Origin: Rhizophagus irregularis | Taxonomy: Eukaryota | NCBI RefSeq assembly: GCF_026210795.1 | Contig: NC_089432.1 | Location: 3,906,001 to 3,970,000, forward strand | Reading direction: 5' to 3' | Length of the DNA stretch: 64,000 nt | Part shown: positions 45,211 to 57,029 of the stretch, piece by piece | Position numbering within the stretch: position 1 is the stretch's first letter | Layout of the letters: each line of letters opens with the position of its first letter | Translations under genes and position numbers: made by a program | The notes under the pieces: generated by a model | The model's database searches: none | The model's input: only the letters and a program-made list of their open reading frames with translations | What the model was told of the DNA's origin: nothing

Positions 45211-47423
45211 ATGTCGACATCAACACCAATTCCAGTTTATACTCCTTCAGAACCTACTGGACCGCCTCCTGCACACTTGGTCAATGAAAAAGATGATGAT
45301 GAATTAGTTAGAATACTAAAGGCTCATGCAAATTTATTGACTACCAGGGGTCGTTTAACTGTTGATTCAGAGATACAGGAGGCAAATAATCAAATTAAAC
45401 ATATTATTAATATATTAATAATGTATCGCTGTAAAGCAAAACATGAAGAACTTGGTATTACAAAAGATTTGTTAGTTTTTGCACAAGGTAAGATAAATGC
45501 ATTTGATGAAACGTTTACTAATTTAGAACGTCAATTAGTTATTATACGTGCTGCCAATGATAATTTCATAGAAGAAAACCATAACCTGCAAAGAGATTAT
45601 GATACTATGGTAGAGCTTCGTCGACAGGCTATAGGTGAACGTAATCAGGCATGACATGAACGTAATGTATTACAAGCAGATTATACTCAAGCATTAAGGG
45701 ATCGTAATGAGGCTCAAAATGCTGAGAATCGTGGTAATATCCTTTTAAATCATTGGCGGCTGAGGGCTACTCGGACTGGAGGACAACTTGTATTGGTTAA
45801 TGCGCAACTTGGACAGGTTAATGCACAGCTAGCACATGCTAATAATAGGGTGCGTTTTGGGATTCAGACATTAGGGAGACTTAAGAATAGACTTTTCCAA
45901 CAGATAGCTGCTCTTAGAATTCAGGTACAATGGTTTCAAATTAGACAATTGAACCCTCCTCCACCTATATTAAACAATCCACTAGAGACGATATGGCTAC
46001 CACTGCGATAGGATTACCGATTTTTGAGGGTAAAGCAACTGATGATATTGATACATTTGTTAGGCTTTATATGGGTTATCTTGATACTATTAATCTTAAT
46101 CCATACGCTGCTGGAGGGCCACCAGAATCTTGGAAAAGAGCTATGGGTATACTTAGAAGCTGCATGGCTGGTGAAGCGGCTGAATGGTTTGATCGAGAAA
46201 TTACAGGAAAAAATTGGAAACTTTCTGGTATCACTTCAAGAGGTGGAGCTAATTTAGCTGCTTTTGTAGCATTAGTAATACCAGAAGGTGCAGGAGGACC
46301 AAATGCAGGTACCTATGTAAATGGGTCTGAAGCACATGTTTATGCTACAGATGCAGCTAATGCATTAGTAACTATTAGAGCAGCATTTATTCCTACCCAT
46401 GATTTAATAGGTGGAGATAAAGCTTGGGGAAGAGCTGATGCTCGTCCGACAGATAGAGTTGCTCCAGCTACTGCAGATGCTGATGTTGCTGCTGCTAATA
46501 ATCATCCTATAGTTTTTCCAGGTATTAAACCTAACCAGGCGCTTTATTGGCTTAGAACACAATTTCCAACTATTTTAGATGAAAAGAAACGTATCCATTT
46601 TAACAGTCTTTATCAGGAAAATGAGCCAGTTGATGCATTTTATGGAACTGTAAAGAGAGCTGGAAAATTACTAAAACTAACTGATAATCTTATTATTGAC
46701 CAATTCTTTAGAGGTCTTTCGGCTGATAATATTTTTGAAGCAGAAAGGTTTAGTAATCTTAATCCTGATGACTTGGTTAAACATCTGAGAAATTTAGAAC
46801 GGAGAAGGGCTGAAATGCGCTTGGGGTTACAAGATAGAAATCGACGACTTCAAGCAGATTATAGTGATGTAACTCAACCTCCGTTAGGAAAACAGGAACC
46901 TGTCGTACTGACATCAAAGTCATCTGGGGTTACTCAAGAACAATTACAAGAGTTACTTAAGGCTCAAGCTGAGGAACTTACCAAGAATTTTCAGGTGCAA
47001 TTTAAACAATTACAGGCTCGACCAGTTCGTAATCCACCAGTCTATAGACAGCAGATTAAACCTGTTCAACCAAAACCACAGAGACGTATTGTTCAGGATC
47101 ATCAGGATCCTGATTGGGATGATGGTTATGTAGAACCTGATGTTGGTGATGACCCTGATGCTCCTGAGTGGACTTTGGATGATCATCAAAATGCTATTGA
47201 TCTTATTATGGGATATAAACGTGGGACGTCTAAAATACTTACAAATCAACTTCAGAAGGCTAAAGATAAACGTGATGATCTGGATTTGGCCTGAGCAATG
47301 AGAAACCTTGATCTTAACAATGATGCTATGGACATTGATACTGTGAGTTTTGGTGAAAAGGTAAAATTGAGAGAAAAAGATGGTGATGTCTATATGGTTT
47401 GTGTTGGGTCAAAAAAAAAGTAG
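45211..47423 (+). pseudogene. Coiled-coil N-terminal region plus Ty3-like Gag capsid protein (capsid domain starts at MAT, 45993)
   Basis: LPIFEGKATDDIDTF; LRSCMAGEAAEWF; LYQENEPVDAFY; IDQFFRGL; MDID. In-frame TGAs at 45652 and 47292 and a frame change near 45993. Natural stop TAG 47421-47423. Confidence 0.8.
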
Positions 47424-48160
47424 GTTCAAGTATCTCAAAACTTCTTAAGTCGTCCCCAAATAAGACAGCAGTTAGCTCTTCTAGTGTGCCATTGAAAGGC
47501 AAAGCAACCCCTGTTAAGATTTCTGTGAAAGTTACTGGTAGTAAGTCTACACCTGCAAAAGCTGTTACTAAGAATGACTTATTAAGCCTGTTAAGGTCTG
47601 CAGACTTTAGGAAATTACTCCGTGAGATTCTTCAGGAGGAGTTATTGTCTGCTAGAAAAGTCACAGAGATTCCGGAGAACCTAGTTGAAGAGGAACAAGA
47701 AGAGGATATCAGGGTAGATGATCCTATGGATATTGACATAGCTCGTTTAGAGAATACTAAAGATCTTTTAGCACTGGATAAAAAGGTTAATGGAATAGCA
47801 ATTCAGTGTTTAGCAGACACTTGTGCTAATGCGTCTTTTATTTAGAGAGAAGCTGCTAAGGAATTAGGGTTGAATATCGACAAGAGTATTACATACAACA
47901 TATCTGGTGCTTCAGGAACAGGTAGGACATTCGGCATGGTAAAGGGAGTGTTAATCAAACTTACCCCTGATTATGCTATCACTGAGGATCTTGCAGTTTT
48001 AGATGGATACAAGCATAGGGAGATTGGGTTAAGCCGAACGTGTCTGAAACGTTACAATTATGATGTCCATGAATCACGTGAACATATAGCCTTTACCTGT
48101 GATGGGAAGAATGTTTTTATCCCGATAGTTCCTGATGCTAATCGAGGGGATAAAAAATAA
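47399..48160 (+). pseudogene. Retropepsin-like aspartic protease in the -1 frame of gag; one internal TAG
   Basis: VNGIAIQCLADTCANASFI*REAAKELGL..ISGASG..IGLSRTCLKRYN. ORFs 47399 and 47870 are in the same frame. Confidence 0.78.
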
Positions 48161-48185
48161 GACCCTTTAATTCTTCTATTTTTTT

Positions 48186-49313
48186 TTATTCCCAAAATTT
48201 GCGAATTAAGTCAGGGACATCCTCCTTCAACCGGTCAGCAGGTTCCCAAGTAGCCTCAGTGTCTGGATAGCGCTCCCACTTAACCAAATACTGGTCTTGA
48301 CCTTTTCTAATGCGATGCCAAAGTATCTGCTCAGGAACAAATCTTTCAGGTTGTCCTCTTATCACAGAGTCAGGTGGAGGCTTTTCATTAATAGGAACTA
48401 CTTGTAATTCCTTTCGGGTATATGCACATCTGGATACACCTAATCGACCATGTGGTCCATTAAGGAGATATGTAGGAGGCTGTTCGGGTGAGAGTATCAT
48501 TTTTTTGATTATACGAATGTTTGGGTTCCATCTTATATCTCCTGTACAGAATTTTCTGTGAAGTTTGTTACCAAGTACAGAAATAGGTTCATCTAACTTG
48601 ACTCTGACATATGCTTCTTCAAAGAGGAGATCCGTCTTTTTTGACACTTTAGGTGACCCTGTCAGAATGTCTGGGGGATTTCTCTGCCAGAGTTCATTTA
48701 CTTTACTCACTATATTATGGAAATCTTCTGACCATTTCACGGATGTCACCTCGGTTTTCAACTCCTGTGCTACTATTCGTTTAAGAAGGAGTTCTTGGAT
48801 GGCTTGGATAGCTCTTTCAGCATAAGATTGCTGTTTATGCTTTCCTGGCTCTCCGAACCTCATCATTACCCCTAGGCTGTTCAGAAAAAAATCACGTACC
48901 TGGTCGTTAGTGAATTCTGATCCAGAGTTCATCTCCAGTCGGTGTGTTAGAGGCTTGATACGATTTCTTCTGTAGATTTTGACAAACCCGTTTAGAACTC
49001 TATTTGCAGTCTTATCCTTTAGGGGTTCTGCATCGACTCTCTTTCCTGCAACTTCCACCACTACGAGAAAATAGTGGAATCCTTTGGGGTCAACTGGCAT
49101 CTCTGCAAGATCTGCCTGATGTGTTGCATTTGGTTTCCATACAATTACCTTTGGGCGTTCTGTTGACTTTTCCTTTAAAGGCTTTTTGTATAGGTTGTAG
49201 TGCTCTTCACCTTTTAAAATTTGTGCTGGTACTCTGGATAGACTGTAGTACTTGTAGTAATTCTTTAATTGTGACATATTACGACAAATTAAAGGAAAGA
49301 TTTCAGACTTCAA
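48186..49313 (-). CDS. RVE (c-integrase-type) integrase with C-terminal chromodomain; second catalytic Asp appears mutated to Asn
   Basis: HQADLAEM; LEMNSGSEF; AERAI; chromodomain PEQILWHRIRKGQDQYLVKWERYPDTEATWEP. Confidence 0.92.
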   Translation of the reverse strand: MKSEIFPLICRNMSQLKNYYKYYSLSRVPAQILKGEEHYNLYKKPLKEKSTERPKVIVWKPNATHQADLAEMPVDPKGFHYFLVVVEVAGKRVDAEPLKDKTANRVLNGFVKIYRRNRIKPLTHRLEMNSGSEFTNDQVRDFFLNSLGVMMRFGEPGKHKQQSYAERAIQAIQELLLKRIVAQELKTEVTSVKWSEDFHNIVSKVNELWQRNPPDILTGSPKVSKKTDLLFEEAYVRVKLDEPISVLGNKLHRKFCTGDIRWNPNIRIIKKMILSPEQPPTYLLNGPHGRLGVSRCAYTRKELQVVPINEKPPPDSVIRGQPERFVPEQILWHRIRKGQDQYLVKWERYPDTEATWEPADRLKEDVPDLIRKFWE

Positions 49314-49642
49314 ATCTCAAGATAACACGATTTTACTGTCTAAAGTGCAAGAAGGAAACTGAGACTGCTAGTGAAATACAAGATATGACTACAAATGGGC
49401 GTTACCGGCTGCATGGTGACTGCACAATTTGTGGTATGCATAAGAATACTTTTACTGGAGTAGACTGGGTGATCAAGAAGAAGACTAAGGAGAAAAAGAA
49501 AGAAACCGCTGCTAAGAGACATCAGACGGCTTACAATCGGCAATGCAAAAAACTTGGACAGAAAATCTTAGATTCTGATGACGCGTGTAAACAGTATATT
49601 GATAAATGCCTTAAGGAGGCAAAAAAGAGGAAGACGGATTAG
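49004..49642 (+). CDS. Basic Zn-ribbon protein (DUF5679-like); the real coding part is probably only the last ~110 codons
   Basis: FYCLKCKKETE....TTNGRYRLHGDCTICGMHKNTF plus a Lys-rich tail. The 5' part overlaps the integrase antisense. Confidence 0.65.
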   Translation: MQSYPLGVLHRLSFLQLPPLRENSGILWGQLASLQDLPDVLHLVSIQLPLGVLLTFPLKAFCIGCSALHLLKFVLVLWIDCSTCSNSLIVTYYDKLKERFQTSNLKITRFYCLKCKKETETASEIQDMTTNGRYRLHGDCTICGMHKNTFTGVDWVIKKKTKEKKKETAAKRHQTAYNRQCKKLGQKILDSDDACKQYIDKCLKEAKKRKTD

Positions 49643-49681
49643 TACTGCCTTCTAAACTTATCTGGATATGCTCTATTCCTA

Positions 49682-50250
49682 ATACCCATTGTTCAATTAC
49701 TTATTTTTTCTGACGGGGAAAGTGGCTATAGTTTGGCGGTCATAGTTCGGCGGTCATAGTTCAGTGTTCCAGGTAAGTAGATAAAGGGTGGTCATAGTTC
49801 GGCGGTCATAGTTCGGTGGTCATAGTTCGGCGGTCATAGTTCGGTGGTTATAGTTCAGTGGTCGTAGTTCGGTGGCATAGTTCAGTGTCCCAGGTATGTA
49901 GATAAAGGGTGGTCATAGCTTAAATCGGGTTTTAGAGCCTGAGAGGCTAACTAAGGTGGCCATAGTATTATCATAAGTTTTTCAAACTGTGGCCAGTACT
50001 ATGACCGGATATTCTGTCTGATTTTGGCTTTATTCGCGTTTTTATCCACTTTTTAGTAGTCTGGTCATAGTGGTCATAGTGGTCATAGTAGTTTTATGTA
50101 TAAGAAAAAATGGATAAAAAAAAGGAGTTGGAAAGTAGTGTGACCAGCCATGGCCACTGTGGCCATAGTGGTAGTATATATGGAGGATACCTGAGCCCCA
50201 TAGGGGCCATATAGGTACTGCGACGGGTCGTAGACCCGGAGGTGGGTGGT
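49682..50250 (-). repeat. Right TIR of the Maverick-like element
   Basis: Reverse complement of 34610-35146 with extra 14-bp units; ends ggtggt. Confidence 0.95.
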
Positions 50251-50276
50251 GCTAGCACCTCTCACATCCAGCCCGA

Positions 50277-51183
50277 TGACACATTTCATAATGGCAAGAA
50301 TTTCATCTTGACGAAACTCCTCTACTTCTTGTTTGTTATATAATTTGTGACATTTCATACATGCTGCAAAGCAATGAAATCAATTTTCTATGTTGAGAAT
50401 ATTTCTCGCTTTGTATAAAGTGATGGAAAAATTTTCAAATGCGGTATCGCCAATTTCATCCAATAACAGTTTTATGAACTTTATTAGTGATTCAGTTGCT
50501 ATTTCTGGAATGTTAAATCTCATTCAAAATTTCATAATCCATATTAAAATCCATAAAAACTTATTATCATCGCTAGTTGGAGTTGCAGTGACATCTGGGT
50601 CTTGATATAGTTCAAAAGAAGGGCATGAATAATCTTCAAAAGTTTCAGAATTGTTATTTTCCGATTCATCATCTCCATTCGATTCGTTATCTTCATTAGT
50701 GTCTTCGCTTTGATCTTCAGCCGTACTTTCTCTCAATGATAAATCTTGTTCGATGTTACCGATGTTACCAATGGAAACTCTAGTCAAAATGTACCTTGAT
50801 CTACATCTTTGAGGTAATCGGTCAACTCTTTGCTCATTTAAAATAGTCAATTGAGATGATTCATCATTAATATTTTCAGTATTTTCCAAAACTTCAGATG
50901 GTTCATTATCCCGAATTTCAGTATTTTCCAAAACTTCGGATAGTTCGTTATCTCAAATTTCAGTATTTTCGATAACTACTTCTGAAATATCTGATAAAAG
51001 TTGGCTCGATAATTTATGTCAATTCTTTGTGCAAGGAGCAACTAACATTCCTTCGCAATCGCTACAGAAACAGGGTACTTTACGAATTCTTGGCTGAACG
51101 ATTGATCGAGTAGTAACTCGAGGTGATCTGGTAGTAATAGGATTTTCATCAAGTACACTAGATATCGTTCTTTTTCGTCCCAT
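50277..51183 (-). pseudogene. N-terminal fragment of a probable CACTA/EnSpm-type transposase
   Basis: MGRKR...PCFCSDC; acidic linker; WILIWIMKF*MRFNI..ATESLIKFIK; FAACMKCHKLY. Truncated next to the Maverick-like element. Confidence 0.6.
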
Positions 51184-52953
51184 TTTGTCAAAAATTTCAG
51201 ATAATTTTGATAATTATGGAATTGTATCGAAATTTATTTCGATTCAATAATTATCATATAATTTTTGCTAGTAAAGTTTTGACTAACGAATTTTCAACTT
51301 GAGCGATCAACTTAAAAGTGATTTATCGAATTCTTATCAAACTTTACGAATTTTCCATCAACTTTAAGTGATATATTGAATTCTCATCAAATTTAAGTGA
51401 TTTGGCGAATTTCACATCAACTAAAATTGATTTATCGAATTTCCATCAACTTAACGTAAAGTAACTTATCGAATTATTAATAAAAAATTCGATAAATCAC
51501 TTATCAAATTTAAGAATTTAATAGTATAAATTAAGCTTTTGATCAAATTTTTAACTATAAATAAATTATAAAAAAACTCGATTCTTCAAAGTTTCGTCCT
51601 AGAACTTAACTTTTTTTTTCTTACAATTTCAAAATACTTTCGTGTAAAATTTTATTATATATTTTTACAAATTTAATAAATTTAATAAGAGTAAATAAAT
51701 TTTGGCTATTTTAACAATTAAAAAAAGTTCTATTTTTTTCAAATATGTCAAAGGACACATCACAGAATATTAATAAAAAGAGAGAGAAAGAAGGAACTGA
51801 AAGAAATGAAAGAGATGTTTTTTATCTTGTCCCTCCTAATGTTGATGAGAAAGAAACTGCTTTACGAACCTCCAATATGTCATCAGAAACTTTATGATCC
51901 CCCTTCAATACGAAATTATCTTCTTCATCACTGAGTACTTTAAGATTCCCTTCAACACGAAATCATCTTCATCACCAAGTGCTTCACGAACCTCTTTCTC
52001 TAATACGAAATCATCTTCATCACTGAGTGCTTCACGAACTTCTCTCTCCAATACGAAAACATCTTCATCACCAAGTGCTTTACAAACTTCTCTCTCCAAT
52101 ACGAAATCATCGTCAAATATTATTAAATCAAAGCTTGCAGGCTTACAAGTAAAATTCCAAAAATCCATTTACCAAAATCGATGATTCTAGACAAAAGTCG
52201 AGTTGAAGCAACCGAAACTTTGCGATCATTGGAAAAAAATTTGAGTAATTTTGGTAAATTTTGATTATTGATTCTTAATTGTTTATTGATGAATATTTTT
52301 ATGATATATAGATATATATTTGAAAACCTTCAATTTTTAGATCTGAAGGTAGAAAATGGGAAATTAAGAGCCGATAATATGGAATTGCAATATAAGATAG
52401 ACAAACTTAATAAAGAACTTGAAGAGTCAAAAGAACTAAATGAAATGCTAATAAAAATAAATGAGGAATTCGGAAAAGAGAACGACAGACTTTATGAACA
52501 AATCGATTTTTATAAGAACCTTCGAATGTCAAGAAGCATGAAAAAAAGCTCAAAGCCTAAACGTAAACATCAAAGGTATCATAAATTTTTGTTATCCGTT
52601 TTATAACTATTCGTATAATTAATTACCTTTTATTTGCCAACGTTAGGAATAATGATAGTGAAGATTCAGATGACGAAATTATTGACGTGGATGTTGAAAT
52701 GGACGAAAAAGATGAAAAGGATGATAAAGATGCAAGGGTTAGTAATATTTTAAAAAATGGTTTCGTGCTAATATTTACTGAATTTTTTATTACTGTTAAT
52801 AATTTAGATGGAAATGAAGACCATTTTAAAAACTATGCCTGCCAAATTCGACCTGGACTATGATCAAATGTTTATGAGCAAAACTAACGTAGACATAAGA
52901 AAACAATTAATACCAGAATTAATGAAGAGCTTAAAGCCGAATTTTAATCCCAC

Positions 52954-53527
52954 TGTGACACGCCACCCATAGGACATTAAAATAAAATATCGTATGTTGC
53001 CACCGACGTGTTGAGTTCGTGTAGTCTCTATGCTTGGTTTAAAATAAAAATTAGTTACAAAACATTAATAAACCATTAATTAAAATAATTAATGTGGCAC
53101 TTTTTACTCATAAGAAAAAGGCAAAAAGAATGTGTTAGTTTTTATTAAGGGCGAATTAAAAATTTTTTATTTTTCTAAAAAATTGAACTCTGGAATTTCC
53201 TATCGAAATCCACTTGTATTTATACATTTTAAGAAAATCATTTCTACTATCTACTACTTTTTCTCTATTAAAATTCTAAGAATAATAAGAAATAAAAGAT
53301 GTATTATCATATGACTTTCTCGTTACACTAAACTAAACTATAAATATAATTTTATTGGCTAATTATTTATCCATCGGCTAAATATTTATCCGTCACTTAC
53401 TGCGCCATGTGACTTGTCACGTGACTTTTGTATTCCCAACTGTTTCTTCTTGTGTAACCATATCATGTGACCTACTGCGCCACAGGATTTACTGCGTCAT
53501 TTATCTATTATATTTTCGGTTATTACA
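52954..53527 (-). repeat. 3' LTR of element 2
   Basis: Direct repeat of 61677-62250; about five transitions seen by eye. Confidence 0.95.
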
Positions 53528-53596
53528 TTTATCCTCCTCTTGAAAAATTTATGTCCCATAAATTAATTTAAGAATCGAATTCGGGTCTCAAACATA

Positions 53597-54820
53597 TTAT
53601 ATTACTATATATGGTTCAAATATTTCTCTATCAAAATATTCTTTTAATAATTCTCCATTTACTGGTCTTCTTAAAATTCTTCCATTTAATTCTTTAATTT
53701 TGTATGATCCATTTACTATTATTTCATGTATATAATATGGTCCTTTCCATTTTTCTTCTAGTTTTCCTGTATGTGTTTTGTATTTTGCCGCATCAAAATA
53801 TAATACTTTATCTCCTATTTGAAAGTTTTGTTTTCATTTTCCAATTTTGTCATGATATTTCTTCTGTTGTTCTTGTGCTTTTTCAATATTCTTCTTCGCT
53901 TCATATCTTTTTATTGGTAATTCTTCTATTATATGTTCTATTCTTTTAATCATTGTAATTCCTTTAACTTCTTCATCATTCGGTAATATTACTTTTCTTC
54001 CATAAGTTAAATAAAATGGTGTCATTTTACTTGATTTCTGTATTTTACTTCTATATGCAAACAATATTGGTGCTATTCTTTGATCCCAATTTTTATCTTC
54101 ATATTCTCTATTTCTATATATCGTTAATTTTTCTTTTACTAATTTCGCCAATGATTCTATTAATGTTTTATTAAATCGTTCTACTAATCCATTTGTTTTA
54201 GGGTGATAAGGAGTTGAGAATTTATGTTGAACATTAAATTTTTCTGTAAGATCTTTAGTTAATTGATTATTAAATTCCGATCCGTTATCTGTAAGTATTT
54301 TCTTTGGACATCCATGTCGACAAATTATTTCTTCATAAATGAATTTTGATATTTCTTTTGCATTTGCTTCTTTTATTGCTTTTGCTTCTGGCCATTTCGT
54401 AAAGAAATCTATTGCTACTACTATATATTTATTTCCTTCTTCTGTTCTTGGTAATGGTCCTATTACATCTATTCCAATCATATGAAAAGGTTCTTTTACT
54501 TCTATTGGATGTAATTCATGTAACCCTTGTGGATTATTTCTTCTTTGACAATTATCACAACTTTTTACATATTTTTCTACATCTCGTTTCATATTCTTCC
54601 ACCAATATTTTTCCTTTACTTTTTCATATGTAGCTTGAATTCCAAAATGTGCTGATAATTCATGATCATGCATCATATACATTATTCCTTCTAATTCAAA
54701 TCTTCTTATTATTCTAAATTTATTTTCATCTTTAATTTTATATAAAACTCCATTTTCTTGTATGTATTTTTCTTCTTTTTCTATATTCTTTAAAATTTTA
54801 TCATATTCTTTTTCATCCAT
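53597..54820 (-). pseudogene. Integrase as a separate ORF; frameshift near 53834 before the GPY/F region
   Basis: HDHELSAHFG..CDNC; GIDVIGP; LTDNGSEF; LVERFN; downstream KWKGPY in another frame. Confidence 0.9.
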
Positions 54821-55013
54821 TTGTTAATAAATTTTCTATTTCGTTTTCAAATGGTAAAATAAATTTTATTTCTTTATCTTCAAATAATACGCAATGATAA
54901 TTTATATTTGTATGAATTATAAATATATATATTTCTAATCCTATTCTTTCAATCATTTTTTTTTTTATCTCGTTATTCATTACTATTTATTATTTTCTAA
55001 ACTTTTATCTTTC

Positions 55014-56441
55014 TCATATTAACCTTGACATCGCATCAGCATTCTTATTTTCTTTTCCTGGTTTATGTATTATCTCAAAATCATATTGTTGTAATTCCAT
55101 CATCCATCTTCCTCTTCTTCCTTTAGGAACTTTTGATGTACTTATAAATCCTTTTAATGCTGCATGGTCTGTTATTACTTTAAATTTTCTTCCAATTAAA
55201 TATTTATGAAAATATTTTATTTCCCAAAATACTGCTAAACATTCTAATTCTGTTATCAGATACCTCTTTTCTGCATTTACTAAACTTCTACTTGCATAAC
55301 TAATAACTATTTCTCTATTATTTTCATCTAATTGTTCTAATATAGCTCCTAATCCTTCTCCTGATGCATCTGTTATTAATATAAATTCCTTTTCAAAATT
55401 TGGATGTTGTAATATCAGATAATTTATTAATTTTTCTTTTAATTCTTCTAATGCTTTTTGTTGTTTATCTGTCCATACAAAAGGAACATTCTTTCTCGTT
55501 AATTCCATTATTGGTTTTACTATTTTTGAATATCCTTTCACAAATTTTCTATAATATGAACATAATCCATTTATTTCTCTTACTTGTTTGATATTCTTTG
55601 GCGGTTTTAAATTTTTGATCTTTTCTATTTTCTTTTCATCTGGTTTTAATCCATCTGTTCCTACTATATGTCCCAAATATTCTACATTCCTTTTCGCCCA
55701 TTCACATTTCTTTAACTTTAACATCATATTCGCCTTTCTTAATTCTTCTAATACTATTTTTATATGTTGTAAATGTTCATTCCAATCTTTCGAATATATT
55801 ATAATATCATCTATATATACGTTCATAAATTTATCTAAGTATTCTTTAAATATTTTATTCATTGTTCTTTGAAATATTGCCGGTGCATTTTTTAATCCAA
55901 ACGGCATAACATTAAATTCATATAATCCTTGACTACAAATAAATGCTGTCTTTTCCTTATCTTCTTCTTTCATCTCTATTTGCCAATATCCACTTGCTAA
56001 ATCAATTGTTGTAAACCATTTTGCTACTCTAAATTTTTCTAATAAGTCGTCTATTCTTGGCAAAGGATATGCGTCTGTTATCGTCATTTGATTTATTTTT
56101 CTAAAATCTATACAAAATCTTTTATCTCCTGTCTTCTTATTTACTATTACTACTGGTGACGACCATGGACTACATGATTCTTGTATTATTTCTTCTTTTA
56201 ACATTTTATCTATTTCTCTTTTTATTATTTCTCTATTTTCTGTACTTTCTCTATATGCTTTTTGATTTATTGGCATTTCATCTTTCAACCTTATATTGCA
56301 TTTTACTATATTTGTTTTACTTATTTTCTTATCCCCATATATACAAATATCTTCGTATTCTTTAACTAAATCTTTTAATTCTTTCTCTTGTAATTTCTCT
56401 AAATCTTTATATTTTATTTCATCTGTCCAATCTTTGTGCAT
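55014..56441 (-). CDS. Reverse transcriptase-RNase H (no kinase extension)
   Basis: FCIDFRKIN; MPFGLKNAP; YIDDI; TDASG; TDHAAL; ADAMSRLI*. Confidence 0.93.
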   Translation of the reverse strand: MHKDWTDEIKYKDLEKLQEKELKDLVKEYEDICIYGDKKISKTNIVKCNIRLKDEMPINQKAYRESTENREIIKREIDKMLKEEIIQESCSPWSSPVVIVNKKTGDKRFCIDFRKINQMTITDAYPLPRIDDLLEKFRVAKWFTTIDLASGYWQIEMKEEDKEKTAFICSQGLYEFNVMPFGLKNAPAIFQRTMNKIFKEYLDKFMNVYIDDIIIYSKDWNEHLQHIKIVLEELRKANMMLKLKKCEWAKRNVEYLGHIVGTDGLKPDEKKIEKIKNLKPPKNIKQVREINGLCSYYRKFVKGYSKIVKPIMELTRKNVPFVWTDKQQKALEELKEKLINYLILQHPNFEKEFILITDASGEGLGAILEQLDENNREIVISYASRSLVNAEKRYLITELECLAVFWEIKYFHKYLIGRKFKVITDHAALKGFISTSKVPKGRRGRWMMELQQYDFEIIHKPGKENKNADAMSRLI

Positions 56442-56473
56442 CTTTAATGTCTCTCCATTATTATGGCCAAGAC

Positions 56474-57029
56474 CTAATAGTTTTCCTCTATGATATGTCC
56501 TTTTTCTTCATTATTTATTAAATATATTTCTCGTTCACTTGTTTCTTCATATTCATTTTCACTATTTTCATCTTCACTATCATCACTATCATTATCGTCA
56601 TTAATATTTCTGTCATTATTTTCATATTCTATTGGTATTTCAATATCTTTTTCATCTTCTCTTAATATTAATATCTTTTCATTATAATCTATTATTCCTT
56701 TCTTTTCTCTTAACACATCATTTCCTAATATTAATTCTTTCTCTACTGATTCAATTACATCCCATTTCTGTGTTTTCATTTACTTTTATTGTTATTTCTA
56801 TTTTTCCTTTTGATGCAACTCTTGTTCCGTTAGCCATTATAAATCTAATATCACTCTTTTCTATTATTGGAATATTTAATTCTTTTCTTAATTTATCTGA
56901 TATTAAACTGACTGATGCTCCTGAATCTATTATTATTGATACTAATTTTCCTTTTATTATAACTTCACTTCTCATTGCTCTAGTTTCACTTTTATTATCT
57001 GCACTTTTTATTTGTTGGTCTGAGTGTAG
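56474..57029 (-). pseudogene. Aspartic protease with one internal frameshift
   Basis: IIDSGASVSL in ORF 56975 and LILGND in ORF 56779. Confidence 0.85.

Larger units (their letters stand above)
34610..50250. mobile_element. Maverick/Polinton-like element (15.6 kb) carrying gag-protease in place of recognisable jelly-roll capsid genes; decayed copy
   Basis: Long TIRs; gctagc on both flanks (34604-34609, 50251-50256); PolB, SF3 helicase, A32-like ATPase and RVE-chromodomain integrase; compact intronless genes. Confidence 0.9.

Noticed and set aside
45211..49313. A third LTR retrotransposon formed by gag-pro plus integrase
   Set aside because: The integrase is on the opposite strand and of the Maverick type; no RT, RNase H, LTRs, PBS or TSD are present.
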